Shown here: one piece after another, positions 13,513 to 25,100 of the stretch
How the letters are laid out: each line of letters begins with the position of its first letter
Position numbering within the stretch: position 1 is the first letter of the stretch
Assembly: GCA_973895155.1 (NCBI GenBank)
Contig: OZ316896.1
Coordinates: forward strand, 11,856,830 to 11,920,829
DNA: 64,000 bases
Direction: 5' to 3'
From: Marsupella aquatica
Taxonomy: Eukaryota > Plantae > Marchantiophyta
Made by a program: the position numbers and the translations under genes
The notes under the pieces: model-generated
Seen by the model: only the letters and a program-made list of their open reading frames with translations
The model's database searches: none
Told to the model about the DNA's origin: nothing

Positions 13513-14076
13513 TTTGGTTGTGCACTTTGTGGCCCCACTTTGATCTTCTTTTCTTCCGGGTGCATCCCCTTTGTATTTGAGGCTTACCCTGAAATGGTTT
13601 CCTATGTCATTGTTGCTGTGAGTAAAGTATACTAAATTTTCTTTCTCATTTGCATTCAAAAACCCACTCCCGACAAAAACTTGTTTGAGTGCCGAGTTTT
13701 CACTGAGGACGAGTCATAAACGTCCTCATAAACGGGGAGGACGGGACGAGATATCAATGCGGCCAATCCATGATTGACAAATGTACCGTAATCAATCCGG
13801 CTATTCGCAGCTCCATCCCCAATCAGATACAACAAACCGAACCTCCCGACCACTCAATTATACTGTACTAGCACACGGTAGCAGAAAAGAGCTCTAAATT
13901 CTCTCTGCCTCAGTACTGTAGGTGATCGATCATACTCTGTAGTTGAAAGTCGGAGGAGGAACGCGCTCCGCGCGTGGAGATTCAATCTCGCACTCTCCAT
14001 AGCTGCTCTCTATGTTCATCTTCGTCAGCTGCTGCTGATATTTTCAGCTGCTTGGAAAGAACAATTCGAACCATCG

Positions 14077-14215
14077 GTAAGCAGTCCGTTCCCGGCATTC
14101 ACTCCCCTAGATTCTCCACTTGTGGTTGTCGATGTTGGTTGATCCTCATTCAGCTCGCTCGATCCGTTTCTAAATTTTCTAACACGTATGTGCTAATCAT
14201 GCCCAAACAACCCAG
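14077..14215 (+). other. Probable 5'-UTR intron of the APX gene
   Basis: Strong donor CG|GTAAGC at 14077, branch-like TGCTAAT near 14191 and acceptor CCCAG at 14215. Nearby alternative acceptors are possible. Confidence 0.45.
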
Positions 14216-14316
14216 TGATCGGAATCCGGCCATCGGCAGAAATCAGCATATAGGGTCGCCTTTATATCCCAATAAGGGACCGCTCCCGTCCTTAACCATA
14301 TACATTGGGACTCGCC

Positions 14317-17300
14317 ATGGCCTCGATAGCCATGCGTGGGCTACAGAGCTCTTTGGCGACTGTCACATCTGCTCTCGGGCATGCTGCTGCAGCACAAGCT
14401 CGGAGCTACACTGAAATTGTGGGCCTTCCCGCTCTCCGCCTTTCTGCGAAATCATCATTGCGACAACAATCAAGCGACCTCCGGTCTCAGCTGTTGCCAT
14501 CTTTCAACGTCTCGGTGAGCTTTCTACGAGGAGTACCCTATGATATAGATTGTCACGACATAATGTTCTTTGGAGTCTATTCGTTTGAGGCTATTCTGTG
14601 CTGTCAAATCTAACAGTTTCAGGTGAAAAGCCCTCTCTCTACACAATGTGAATGCCCATCCAACAACGGTATCGTTTTTCTCCTTGAGTTTATGGCATAT
14701 TGCTGGAGCTAAGTTCGAGTCCAGTTTGTACCGTGGGTCGGGGTTTTGCCTTCAAAAGCTACTCGTGCAGTTTCGAGTTCGAAATTCTAAATTAATTAGC
14801 TGGAGGCCCCGACGTATATCTAAGAGACATGCTGACCTCAATGCATTGGACACATGGCCAGATTCCCTCGCTGCGAAGGAGGAAGGCGAAAAGAGTGGAA
14901 GCTGGCAAAGGAGGAGCTTTGAGTACCACCGCCTTTGCTACAGATCCACAACAGCTCAAGGAAGCCAAAGAGGAGATAAAGAAACTATTAGCGGAGAAAA
15001 AAGCTCACGGTATCCTTGTGAGTGATCTCATAGCATAGCCTCTACATCCACCTTTAGCATAGAAGGGTTGCAGAATTTTCATATTGAAAGTGAAGTCGAA
15101 TGTGGTCTGTGATAAAGAGTGAGAACTGTCAATCGGGGTTATCATTTGCTCACCTAAGGAGTCTCAATGCTGTTGTGGGTGGTGTAGATTCGTCTGGGTT
15201 GGCATGATGCCGGAACTTACGACAAGAACATTTCTGCATGGCCAAAATGTGGTGGAGCCAATGGAAGTCTCCGATTCGTTCTGGAGTTAGGCCATGCCGC
15301 AAATGCCGGTAATTCGCAATCTTCCACCATCGGAGTTTCCTTTTGATTTTGAATAATGGGCATGAAACACCCGAGTGTTCAATTTGGACAAGTTATAGAA
15401 AATATGCCGAAAGTCTGACAATGGGAGAAAGAAAACGAGTGAACGACATCGAAGTCGCTAAGAAGTATTCGCTACCTCTACTGCTTTGTCTTGGTGATGA
15501 GTTATTGGTTGGCTGACTTGATATAAGGCTTTAGGTTTAAGAAAGTAGAATGATTTAGGCGTTTGTTTAACTCCTACATCCCCAGAAAGACTCTTTTCGC
15601 AGAAATTTACTTTTTGTTGCTCAGGTCTTGTCAGCGGTGTGAAACTTCTCGAGCCAATCAAAGAAAAATTTCCCGGCGTATCATATGCTGATCTATTCCA
15701 ACTTGCCAGTGCCACTGCTATTGAGGTTTGCTTCTTCATGTTCTTAATTTCCCTTCGACTGTCGGCCTTCTGAGTTGTGTATAGTTCGTCGCTAGTTGCA
15801 TACCTGAATGGCTGCCCCTCACCCCTCACCCCTCACCCCCCAAAAAGAAGAGGGAACATTTAAAAGAATATACATGAACATGAAGTCTCACCGGCTGCCC
15901 TTATATTACGCATCAAGGCCACCGTGACAATCACTTACGGAGTCGAGTATTTTGATCACAAGTACACACCTATTCCTTTAGAAGTTTCTTCCAGAAGTGT
16001 TTCCAGCACCTTGGCCTAAGCTCAAGTGTGTTTGAATCTGTGTGGACTAGGGTTTCTTCACTGGTGTGGATGCATACTTATACTTCCTGTGGATGCCAAA
16101 TTCATCATTTTTAGGATGCTGGTGGTCCCAAGATTCCAATGAAGTATGGCCGGGTCGACACGAAAACTGAAGAAGAATGTTGCGTTGAAGGAAATCTACC
16201 AGGTTCGGCCTCTGCTATCCATGAGATCGATGGTTTGAGCTACAGGCATGCCAGACCAATGCCGAATTTTGTTTGTTGTAACTGGGTGCTTATTTGACCC
16301 GAAATGTGAGAGTTTAGTTCACATTATAAGATCACTACAATCTATTATTTCGTATGCCTTACTTCAAATCCATTTGTCCCTTTACCCCTTGAGACCCATT
16401 TCTGACCAAATCATTCTGAATTAGTGGAATAGTCATTTGTCTTCTGCAATTGCATCCTTGGCAGCAGAGGGCATATTTGACCTTAGGTGGTTTCCTTAAT
16501 AATTTGTGTTTGCATATCCGCAGCTGCTGATCCTCCCAAGCCAGCTGACCATCTTCGCCAAGTCTTCTATCGTATGGGTCTTAATGATAAGGTAAAGCAA
16601 CACCAGCCCAATTGTGGCCTCTCGACAGTGAGTCATTCTGAGAGAAGGTGCTTCTCATACCATAAGATTATTTCCAACTACAGGGATTTGGAGAACTGAC
16701 AGCAAACCGACTGTACTTATATGATCTGACCCCCATCCATCTGATCATCTCCTTATACTGGGACGCTTAAACGTGTCGGAAAACTTGTTGCTTGTCTGGT
16801 GCGGTTACGAGACAATTCTGGTGCATCGTCATACGGTTTCCAGATACTACAAAAAGGCATGAGAGCTAATGAAGTAGCCTAAATCGTGGTATCAGAGTCA
16901 AGCTGGTTGGCTTGCATTTCAATATATTGAATGCTGGCTTTGCTTTTTTACAGGAAATCGTAGCCTTGTCTGGGGCTCACACCATCGGTCGCTCACGGCC
17001 TGAGCGTAGTGGCTTCGGGAAAAAGGAAACAAAATACACGGTATGGCCTGACTGTGAAGCGTTGTGCCGTTCTGACGAACATTATATTAATCTAAAATTG
17101 CACCGCCTGTTCAGTCGACGAGCCCGTTAAGTCTCTAGTTCGATGTGGGCAGTCCATGACAGTTTTTAGGTTGATATGAAACTATTTGTCATGTGCTGAG
17201 ACGGTGATTCGCTGGAAGCAGAGATTCTTGACCAAAAATAAGTCCATCCTCAAATGAGGGTTTGGTATATGATGATGAGTAGAGTGAAATTCAATTCGCA

Positions 17301-19140
17301 TTCTCTCAGACAATGCGAGGCTCTATGTATGATGGTCTATAGCACGGTCTTGCCTCAATGGAAATGTGACCAAGTAGAGGATAGTGTCTCATGTATGACA
17401 AACCGGATGTACTAATTATTCTACACATTGTTTAATGCTGTGCAGAACCCCAAAGACAAAGACATTGGGAACCCTGGTGGTCAATCATGGACAGTGGAAT
17501 GGCTGAAGTTTGACAACTCATACTTCAAGGTTAGTAGCATCTAATCAATGTCGTTGTTGATGGGAAATAATTATTGTTCAGTGTACTGGGGAGGGATATG
17601 CTTCTGCACAAGATATCTAGAAAGTAGTCAGATAGTGTTTTCATGAATTTGTGCAGGACATTAAGGCACAGGCCGATGAGGATTTGCTGGTACTTCCCAC
17701 AGATAAGATTCTCACCGAGGATCCGGAGTTTAAGGTACTACCTATTTCTATGCTTGTAACGGATCAGGCTTAGAAGTAGTATAATGAGTGAAGGAAACAA
17801 TTTGGGATTTTCCCGAGCAGCTATTTGATTTCGAATTCTTGTGAGGGTGCTTGGTGGTCTGAACTATGATGAAACGTTTTCTCTTCAATTAAAGATTTTC
17901 GCGCTGAGAAAGCAGTTGCTAATCTGGAACTCTCCCTGTTGCAGGTGTATACTGATAAATATGCTGAGGATCAAGATGCATTTTTCGCGGATTATTCCGC
18001 AGCTCATAAGAAGCTGAGTGAGCTTGGTACCAAGTTTGATCCTCCAGAGGTATCTCACAGAAGATTGTTCTATTTGCCTATAAGTTTGATCTGGATCACC
18101 TTTTTGGATGTCATGCTAGTGCCAGGAAATAGGAAGTCAGTAGAAAGTGGCCAGGAGTCTTGAGGTGTTTTGGGATCTTTAGGAAATGTGTGGGTGATAA
18201 GAATATCGGATACGTATATTGGCCGCCTAGTCTGCCCCACATGCTGTTGTGACTCTCTGTAATTGACTACAAATTGGGAACAAGCAGTGGTGGTAAACTA
18301 CTTAGGACATGGTTCGATATTGTAGGTATGTCTGATAGAGTTGATTACGGGAACTTCAAACTTGTCCAGTCCACTTCTAGTGTGTGCCAGTTGTCCATGT
18401 CTAGAATGCCTAAACTCTTTAAGCAAACTTATCCTTGGTACATGTGTCATCGCATAAGGCTTGTCGCGGAGTCAGTCGTCATTTGGAATAGTAATCGTTA
18501 GTGTTGTGTCTTGCAGGGTATTTCGGTGGATGATGTGGCACCAAAAGCAGAGAAGTTTGTTGCTGCAAAATATTCTTCCGGTAGTGACCAGGTAAGCTAT
18601 GGAAACAGATGTGAAATTGTTCCCAAATCTGAATTTTCTAGGTAAAATAACTTCAGAAAGACGATGCTCATCAAGATACTAAGTTGCTGTAAAGCCCTTT
18701 GTCATTTCCACTCTGCAAGAAGACAGTCTGCTCTCTGGCCAGAAGCGCTGACTGGTAATGCTGTAATGCAGGCGTAGTCAAGAATCTACACTTATGTGAC
18801 CCAAAGGGACAAATTGTGATCTGAAAAATGAACATGGAAAGAACATCTGAGCTGATGTGGTGTGAACCTCAACAGCAAATTTTGTCCAATAGATAGCGAT
18901 TCAGCTGAGTGTTTGTAGAGGTCTTTCTTCTTGTGGGTAATGGAGGAGGGGAATCATTTTCTGTGGTCTCTGATTTTCCTGCAGCGAGAACTCTCTGATA
19001 CAATGAAGGCCAAGATTCGTGCGGAGTATCTTGCGGTGGGAGGAAGTCCTAACAAGCCTCTAGGGTCCAACTACTTTCTCAATATAATAATAGTTATAGC
19101 TGTTCTGGCTGTATTATCCTCACTTGTCACACAAAATTGA
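14317..19140 (+). CDS. APXT: Chloroplast thylakoid-bound L-ascorbate peroxidase (tAPX), 12 exons, 438 aa
   Basis: Exons 14317-14514, 14862-15017, 15188-15308, 15625-15725, 16115-16202, 16524-16591, 16954-17040, 17446-17529, 17657-17734, 17945-18049, 18517-18591 and 18985-19140 are all GT-AG and total 1317 nt in frame. Ser/Ala-rich transit peptide, [61 protein letters not shown], and the thylakoid anchor exon [38 protein letters not shown]. Confidence 0.96.
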
Positions 19141-19891
19141 TATTGTAAGTATCTCTGCACCATTGACGGCAGTGGGAAGCTTGAGGATTGTACCGTATCG
19201 AGTCTCTGAGTTGCTGTTGCTTGAAACGTGGACTGCTGCCAGCAGGTGGTGCGTTTTGTACTCTAGAGTGCAAGTGTAAACTCACTGTATATTTAATTCC
19301 TCTCGGACGAGTCAGTGATACATTGCCTTGGTCCTCATAGGAACGGTTCTCCAACTGGAAATCAATGTCCACAAATGTCCCTTCAATTAGGCACATGTAT
19401 AATAATACTGGACAGCGATTTATCGCTTGAAAGTTGGAGCACGTTGTGTTGTCCCTGACGCAGTGGCTTGACATGATTGATTGCAATTAGCACTTACAAA
19501 GGCTTTGCAATCTTTCCGTCTGTCAAGCATTTTGGGTAACGTGTCTTCTCCACTATAGGAAACCTCTGTGACGTACGATGGGGGCATGACTTGGGGTCAT
19601 AATCTGAGTGATCCATTTGATCTGTTGTCTATTTCCTGTGCGATTCTATGTCCGTAGTTATTATTGTTGGAAATAAGGTTAGATGGAAGGTTAGCAATCG
19701 AGGACAAGTCTCTCCTCCATGTGTAGGAGTGAGACAACTTTAAGTTGATGCTGACGAGCTTGTCCTCAAACCTTCTTTCTGTGCCACCTGATGCAACGGA
19801 AAGGATTACCCCTCTTCCTCTGAATCGTAGACTACGCACAACTTATTTCTAAGAAACCTTCTAGAATGCGAAGTCCACAGTTTTAGTCATG

Positions 19892-20171
19892 GGAATTTAT
19901 GTATAGGGTAATGCAGGTCTGGGCGCAGGGTTACTAGGCTGTAACCATGCGTCCGGAATATGAAAAGAAACTGACCGGCGGCAGCCGGGAAGCTTCTTTG
20001 AATATTCCGGGAGCAGGTTACAGCCTATAACCCCAGCCCTGCCCTGCATTAGCGTACATAACTCCTGCCTGGAAAGAGGTTACTGGTTCAACTTTTCAGG
20101 ACACCAGATTATGACTATAGCAGGCCCCTATAGAAATGGTTACACACCTGTACCCTCTTCTCCTGACAGGA
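19892..20171. repeat. Two adjacent imperfect inverted repeats (hairpins)
   Basis: Arm ATGCAGG..GGGTTACTAGGCTGTAACCATGCGTCCGGAATATGAAAAGAAACT pairs with AGCTTCTTTGAATATTCCGGGAGCAGGTTACAGCCTATAACCC..CCTGCAT around a CCGGC-GGCA-GCCGG apex (19892-20065). A second, weaker hairpin spans 20063-20171. Confidence 0.8.
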
Positions 20172-20204
20172 TTTACGTTGTGAAGTTGAATATGTCACTC
20201 ATGC

Positions 20205-20456
20205 AAAAGCTAGGATAAGGGCGAAGCTAAGATATGGGCCTCTATATTATGATAGAAAGCTAGGATAAGGGCGAAGCTAAGATAAGGGCCTCTAGACCAT
20301 GACATTGGGTGATAGAAAGAGGATAAGGGCGAAGCTAAGATAAGGGCCTCTAGACCATGACTTTTGGGTGATAGAAAGCTAGGATAAAGGCGAAGGTAAT
20401 AGAAGGGCCTCTAGACCATGACTCTTGGATGATAGAAAGCTAGGATAAGGGCCTAT
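20205..20456. repeat. Tandem minisatellite, ~45-60-bp unit, ~5 copies
   Basis: Repeated GATAGAAAGCTAGGATAAGGGCGAAGCTAAGATAAGGGCCTCTAGACCATGAC. Confidence 0.9.
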
Positions 20457-21343
20457 GGTCTAGTGGGAACTCTCTAGACAATTACGCCAGGGTAAGCTAG
20501 GGCACTCATGTATTAATGTTCAATATAGAAAAAGTTTAGAGTCTCCTTTACATGCGGGGCGAACTTGGAATGGAGCTAGGGCATTCAGGTTAGTTCATGT
20601 TCAATATGAGAAAGTGGAAGTTTCCTCTACATGGGGGTGGCAACTGGAATGGGCAAAATAATGGTTATGATGAAACATCTATTTATGAGCACAGCTAGGG
20701 CACTTGGTTAGTTTATTTATGAGCACAGCTAGGGCACTTGGTCAGTTTATGTTGAATATGGAAAAATTAAGTTTCGTTTGCATACACTTGAGCTTTCTAT
20801 CTTTTATTTCAAGCCTCCTCTCTACTCTGAGTAGGAATAAGAACAAGGTGGAATGGAGCGAGACTCCAAGCAACCTACCAAACTAGTAGAGGACACCAAA
20901 CCTTGCCGACTACAATGACATCAATGAGGATGCAAGGTCCTGAAAGGGGTGAAATTGCTCACTATTTATATTGAGAAAGTGGTATGGAAGGGCAGACCTC
21001 GGGTAGGAAGACAAATTATATGGATATGGGAGGTGCAATTACTTTCCAAATAGAGAGAATAACTAAGGAGACAGCCCTCAGATGCAGATCTAGAACTAAA
21101 AGCAATCACCAAAAAATAATGCTACCCCCTAATAGTGTGGTTAATTTGATTAGGTTGAACATAAAAACAAAACAAAACAGCCAGTAATTTCTGCAGGTTT
21201 TCAAAAGTAACTCTAATCCATGTTATAAATGATGTAAATAATCAGACTTTTCTTATAAATGTTTGACTGTTAAGTGATTTAAACATAGCTTCCATCAGCG
21301 GAAAGTGTTTTGCTGTGTAGATTAGATAACTGAAGTAATGGTG

Positions 21344-21527
21344 TTAGGGTTTAGGGTTCAGGGTTTAACATAGAAACATAATAAAAAAGACAGTAATTCC
21401 TGCAGTTATGGTGCTAAATCCAAGGAGTGTGTGAGTTGCAAGAGTTGCCGGGAAGTGATGGTTGGGCACTAGTTCCATTATGAGAAGGTCCATCTAAATC
21501 TAAACCCTAAACCCTAAACCCTAAATC
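21344..21527. repeat. Two short interstitial telomere-like (TTTAGGG) tracts in opposite orientation
   Basis: TTAGGGTTTAGGGTTCAGGGTTTAA at ~21344-21368 and CTAAATCTAAACCCTAAACCCTAAACCCTAAA at ~21494-21525. Confidence 0.75.
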
Positions 21528-21655
21528 TTATGGGGACCTTCTCATAATTGTCAGAAATTTCACCCTAAGTTTACAGACTTCATGCAAGAAACGGAGCTTG
21601 TAATCTCTGTAGAGAATTAAAGTTATTTGTGTGTAACCATTTTTGCACATACCTG

Positions 21656-21892
21656 CAGCTATTCCCATAATGTCTTGCTCTAAAGTAATTTTTTCCAACC
21701 AAGGTCTGGGCAGGGGTTTCAGGGGTTCTAGCCTGAAACCATGTTCCAAGAAACTCAGAAAAGCTTGCAACTATTCCCATAATTTCTTGCCTGAAATTAA
21801 ACTTTTCCAGGACAATAATTATGTAAGATAATGGAGGTCTTGGCAGGGGTTCTAGCCTGAACCCCCTGTTCCAGGAAAGCTCAGAAAAGCTT
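21656..21892. repeat. Imperfect tandem duplication (~110-125 bp x2)
   Basis: GCAxCTATTCCCATAAT...CAGGGGTTCTAGCCTGAA...TGTTCCA.GAAA..CTCAGAAAAGCTT occurs twice. Confidence 0.8.
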
Positions 21893-23444
21893 CCAGGGTG
21901 CCCCAAGAAAGTTCACAGTTGAAGTCTGATAAGTATTTTTTGACTTTCTGGTCACAAGGCTACTAACCCAAAACCAGAATGACCGACATTATCCTATAGG
22001 TGACATTATCCTATACGTAACCACGACAGAAGAAGATTGCATATTGTAAGGTTTGGATTAGATGGTTGTCTAGAGGGTGGACGAGAGAATTCGATTTGTC
22101 CAGAACACGAGCTGCTCGTTTTGCTTTGCACTTTGCGGAGCCGATCGATCTGCCTGAAGGTGTGAGAATGTCTTCTAGAGGATGGGCGTTGCGGCGGTTG
22201 AGGAGTCACTCGTGGCGGTCCGATCTCTACCGCACTGTGCAATGACGGTCCATAATGCGTATGATGATGCCGTCCATACCAATTGTTGTTTGCAACCTGT
22301 GGAGCGAGAGAGCGGTGATCACATAAACGTCTTCGTTCACGTAGAATGATCGGCTGACGTTTAGACCTAGTAAGTGAATATTACTAGCAGGCTATTTGTG
22401 CACTGTTTATTTCTGCCCGCGTCGTCGAAGACCTTTTACAGATGCCAGGTTTGTTGGCCTGCATTTGCTGTAGATCGGTGACGATCAGTCTCCATCTTTC
22501 CGGAAAGCGTATGTCGTGTGGACAATATTTTGAGCCTGAATTAGTGGAGTCATCAGGTGCAGGATCCGGTCAGCTTTCGATGGGATTGATGGGATTGATG
22601 GGATTATTCATGCGTCCAACCAGGCATATCTGGACAAGATAAGGTCGCTCCAGCTGATCAGCACTGCGTGCTTTCCAGATCTGAGTATTTGAGGACCAAA
22701 AGATTGTTCTCCCTAGATCGCTGGCTTTCACCACATCTACGGAAGATATAGGGCTTCCATTATGCGGGCAGTGGGCCCGAGATGCATCCCTGATAATAAA
22801 GGCGCCTTCGAAAACCGTGTCTGGCTTATAGATGTCGTGTCGTGATTCACTCGTGAATCAGAAACTTTCGTCCAGCAACAAATTTGTCTCCCGTCTTGAC
22901 AATGCATGTATTCAGGTCGTCTTGTCAATGCATGTATTCAGGCTTTGAATTATAAAGCTTACTGCTGTAATTCGAACCGGGTACACGTGCTAGTGATCAT
23001 CATAAGCCGCAACTCAAGCTCTGCTGTCTGAGCATCGGAGTCCTCTTTCTCTGTGCGAGAGCGCATGTGTTTCTCGGCGAGACGAGGGATCAGATATTTT
23101 AGTTCCGGCGAATCTTGATTGCTTGCTGCTTACCTTCTTCGGTTATTGACAGTCCGTTCTTGACTCTTTCTTCATTGTCTGTACGGTGACGACTTTGAGC
23201 TCGGGCGTGTCCCAATGTCCGATCGATGCATGTACCAATGTGTACCTTTCGACCCCCCTAGGCCCTGGCCGAACAGTGAGTCAATGGGTCACATGGAAAC
23301 GATGATGCAGGTGCTGTGCAAGGCATTTGACTTCATGAACAAACAATCAATGCAAAACGAGTACTAGCCAAAATGGGAGAGGTTCCGGATCTTCTTTTCA
23401 CCATCACCATGCAGGCAACACCCAACAACGCAAACTCCTACTAC

Positions 23445-23717
23445 CACAAAGGCCATACCTCAACTGGATAAGGAGCTCAGAAAAGTCAGGACTATCTTCA
23501 CAGAACCACACGGACGAACTGCAGATAATTACCTGCAAGCTCGCTTCCGCCAACTCCCTTCCACAAACGCCATATCTCAAATGGATCAGGAGTTCAGGGG
23601 TTCAGGAGTCAGGACTGTCGTTGACAGAACCACCCGTTCTAATTTGATGCAAAACTATATCACAAGGGCCATATCTGAAATGGATCCGGCTGTCAGGACT
23701 ATGGTTTACAGAACCAC
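23445..23717 (+). repeat. Three diverged ~57-72-bp direct repeats separated by unique sequence
   Basis: CACAAxxGCCATAxCTxAAxTGGAT...GTCAGGACT...ACAGAACCAC at 23445-23509, 23562-23633 and 23661-23717. Confidence 0.7.
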
Positions 23718-24890
23718 CAGTCCCAAGCTACTTTTTGTAATTGTAGTCTTTGAATACACGTTCTAGTGTAGGTGAGTAACCAATTCTGAAGGTACTTGGT
23801 ATTTACATAATCTCTACTGTAGTCCTTAAATTTGCGATAGATAATTTTTTGGACATCAACTGTGCAATTACCCTATCGCCATTTGAACCACACTTGAAGT
23901 GAGCCAATAATCTAAATTTTTGTGTTGGCCCACTGCACATTTGCATTTTTTTAATCCCCTATCTTCACTCATCATAAATTTAAATTTTTGGACCTTTGTG
24001 TGCATTTCTTCTTTCGAGGCAAGCATTAAAATAATGCCTACTCCAACAATTCACGCAGACTGCCCTAGGCGCTGTCTGAGGTAGAGCAAAATGTGTCAGG
24101 GACATCTAATTAGCAAATTTGTAGAGACCCCTCGCCCAAAATATGCCAAGGGACACCTTTAGTTATAACCCCTTTAGTTATATCAGAAACGAATTCTTTT
24201 GCTGATTTATCTAGATAGTATAATTATGAAAGGGTTTTAATACCATTTGCGGAAGGTTGCTTAAAGTTGCAACAAGCATATCAAGTAAAATCACATATTA
24301 TTGTGTGTCAAGTGAGCCAAGTTCTTCTGCCTTTTTCTACTTCTCGAAGCCTTGAAAGTTACTTTAAAAAGGCCCAACAATCAGCACGATGAGGAGAACT
24401 TTTAGTAGAAACAAGAGATGCTTTTGAAAGAAGCTTTCAAAAAGCTGAGACTAGCACTATTAAATCCAGGCACTTCCAAAATGGCCACCCTCAAGCTCCA
24501 CGAATGCATTGTGGGACCCCCTCACCATAATGCTGCCTGACACTGTGCAAAACTCAAGTCACCTCCTTTTTCAAATCTGGAAAGTGATGTCAATTGACAT
24601 TCTAACATGAATTCCATTAGCGAGAATCTGCAGTATGAGGTGTTAGTTTTGCTGCATTTCTCTCAGTTGCATTTTCTTAGAGTTTGACTAAGAAACAATT
24701 ATTGCATTTTTTTGGGAGGGTTGGTGGGAGGACGCAGAAATGAAATCAGCCCAAGAGCGCACTCATTGTTTTTCTATTTGAAATTGAAATTAAAGAAATG
24801 CTGAACCAATTTTGTATCAGCAAACGCACATCAAAATGGGGCAGCATCGGTATGGTGTGTCACGTGGCATAAGTGAGGTGTCACATGGCA

Positions 24891-25100
24891 TGTGCCCATA
24901 GGTGAGAGGAATCCAGTTATCCTGTTCATGTGCATAAGTGTTTATTCTGTTATGGGAAATTCCTCTCACCTGTAGGAGGCGTTCATCCTGTTCATTTGAA
25001 TCCTATTATGGAAAATTCCTCTCACCTATGGGGCACAGAAGAATTTTCCATAACAGGATAACAGGATCCTGTTCATTTGAATTGTTCATTTGAATAAGTG
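24891..25100. repeat. Nested inverted/direct repeat cluster
   Basis: TGTGCCCATAGGTGAGAGGAAT (24891-24912) pairs with ATTCCTCTCACCTATGGGGCACA (~25015-25037). CTGTTATGGGAAATT pairs with AATTTTCCATAACAG. ATCCTGTTCAT occurs 3 times. Confidence 0.75.

Noticed and set aside
13231-13659. 142-aa Gly-rich ORF
   Set aside because: Artefact of the C-rich MITE core; it crosses the element boundary.
23445-23717. CRISPR-like repeat/spacer pattern
   Set aside because: Only three long, diverged repeats with unequal spacers, no cas genes, and a eukaryotic context.
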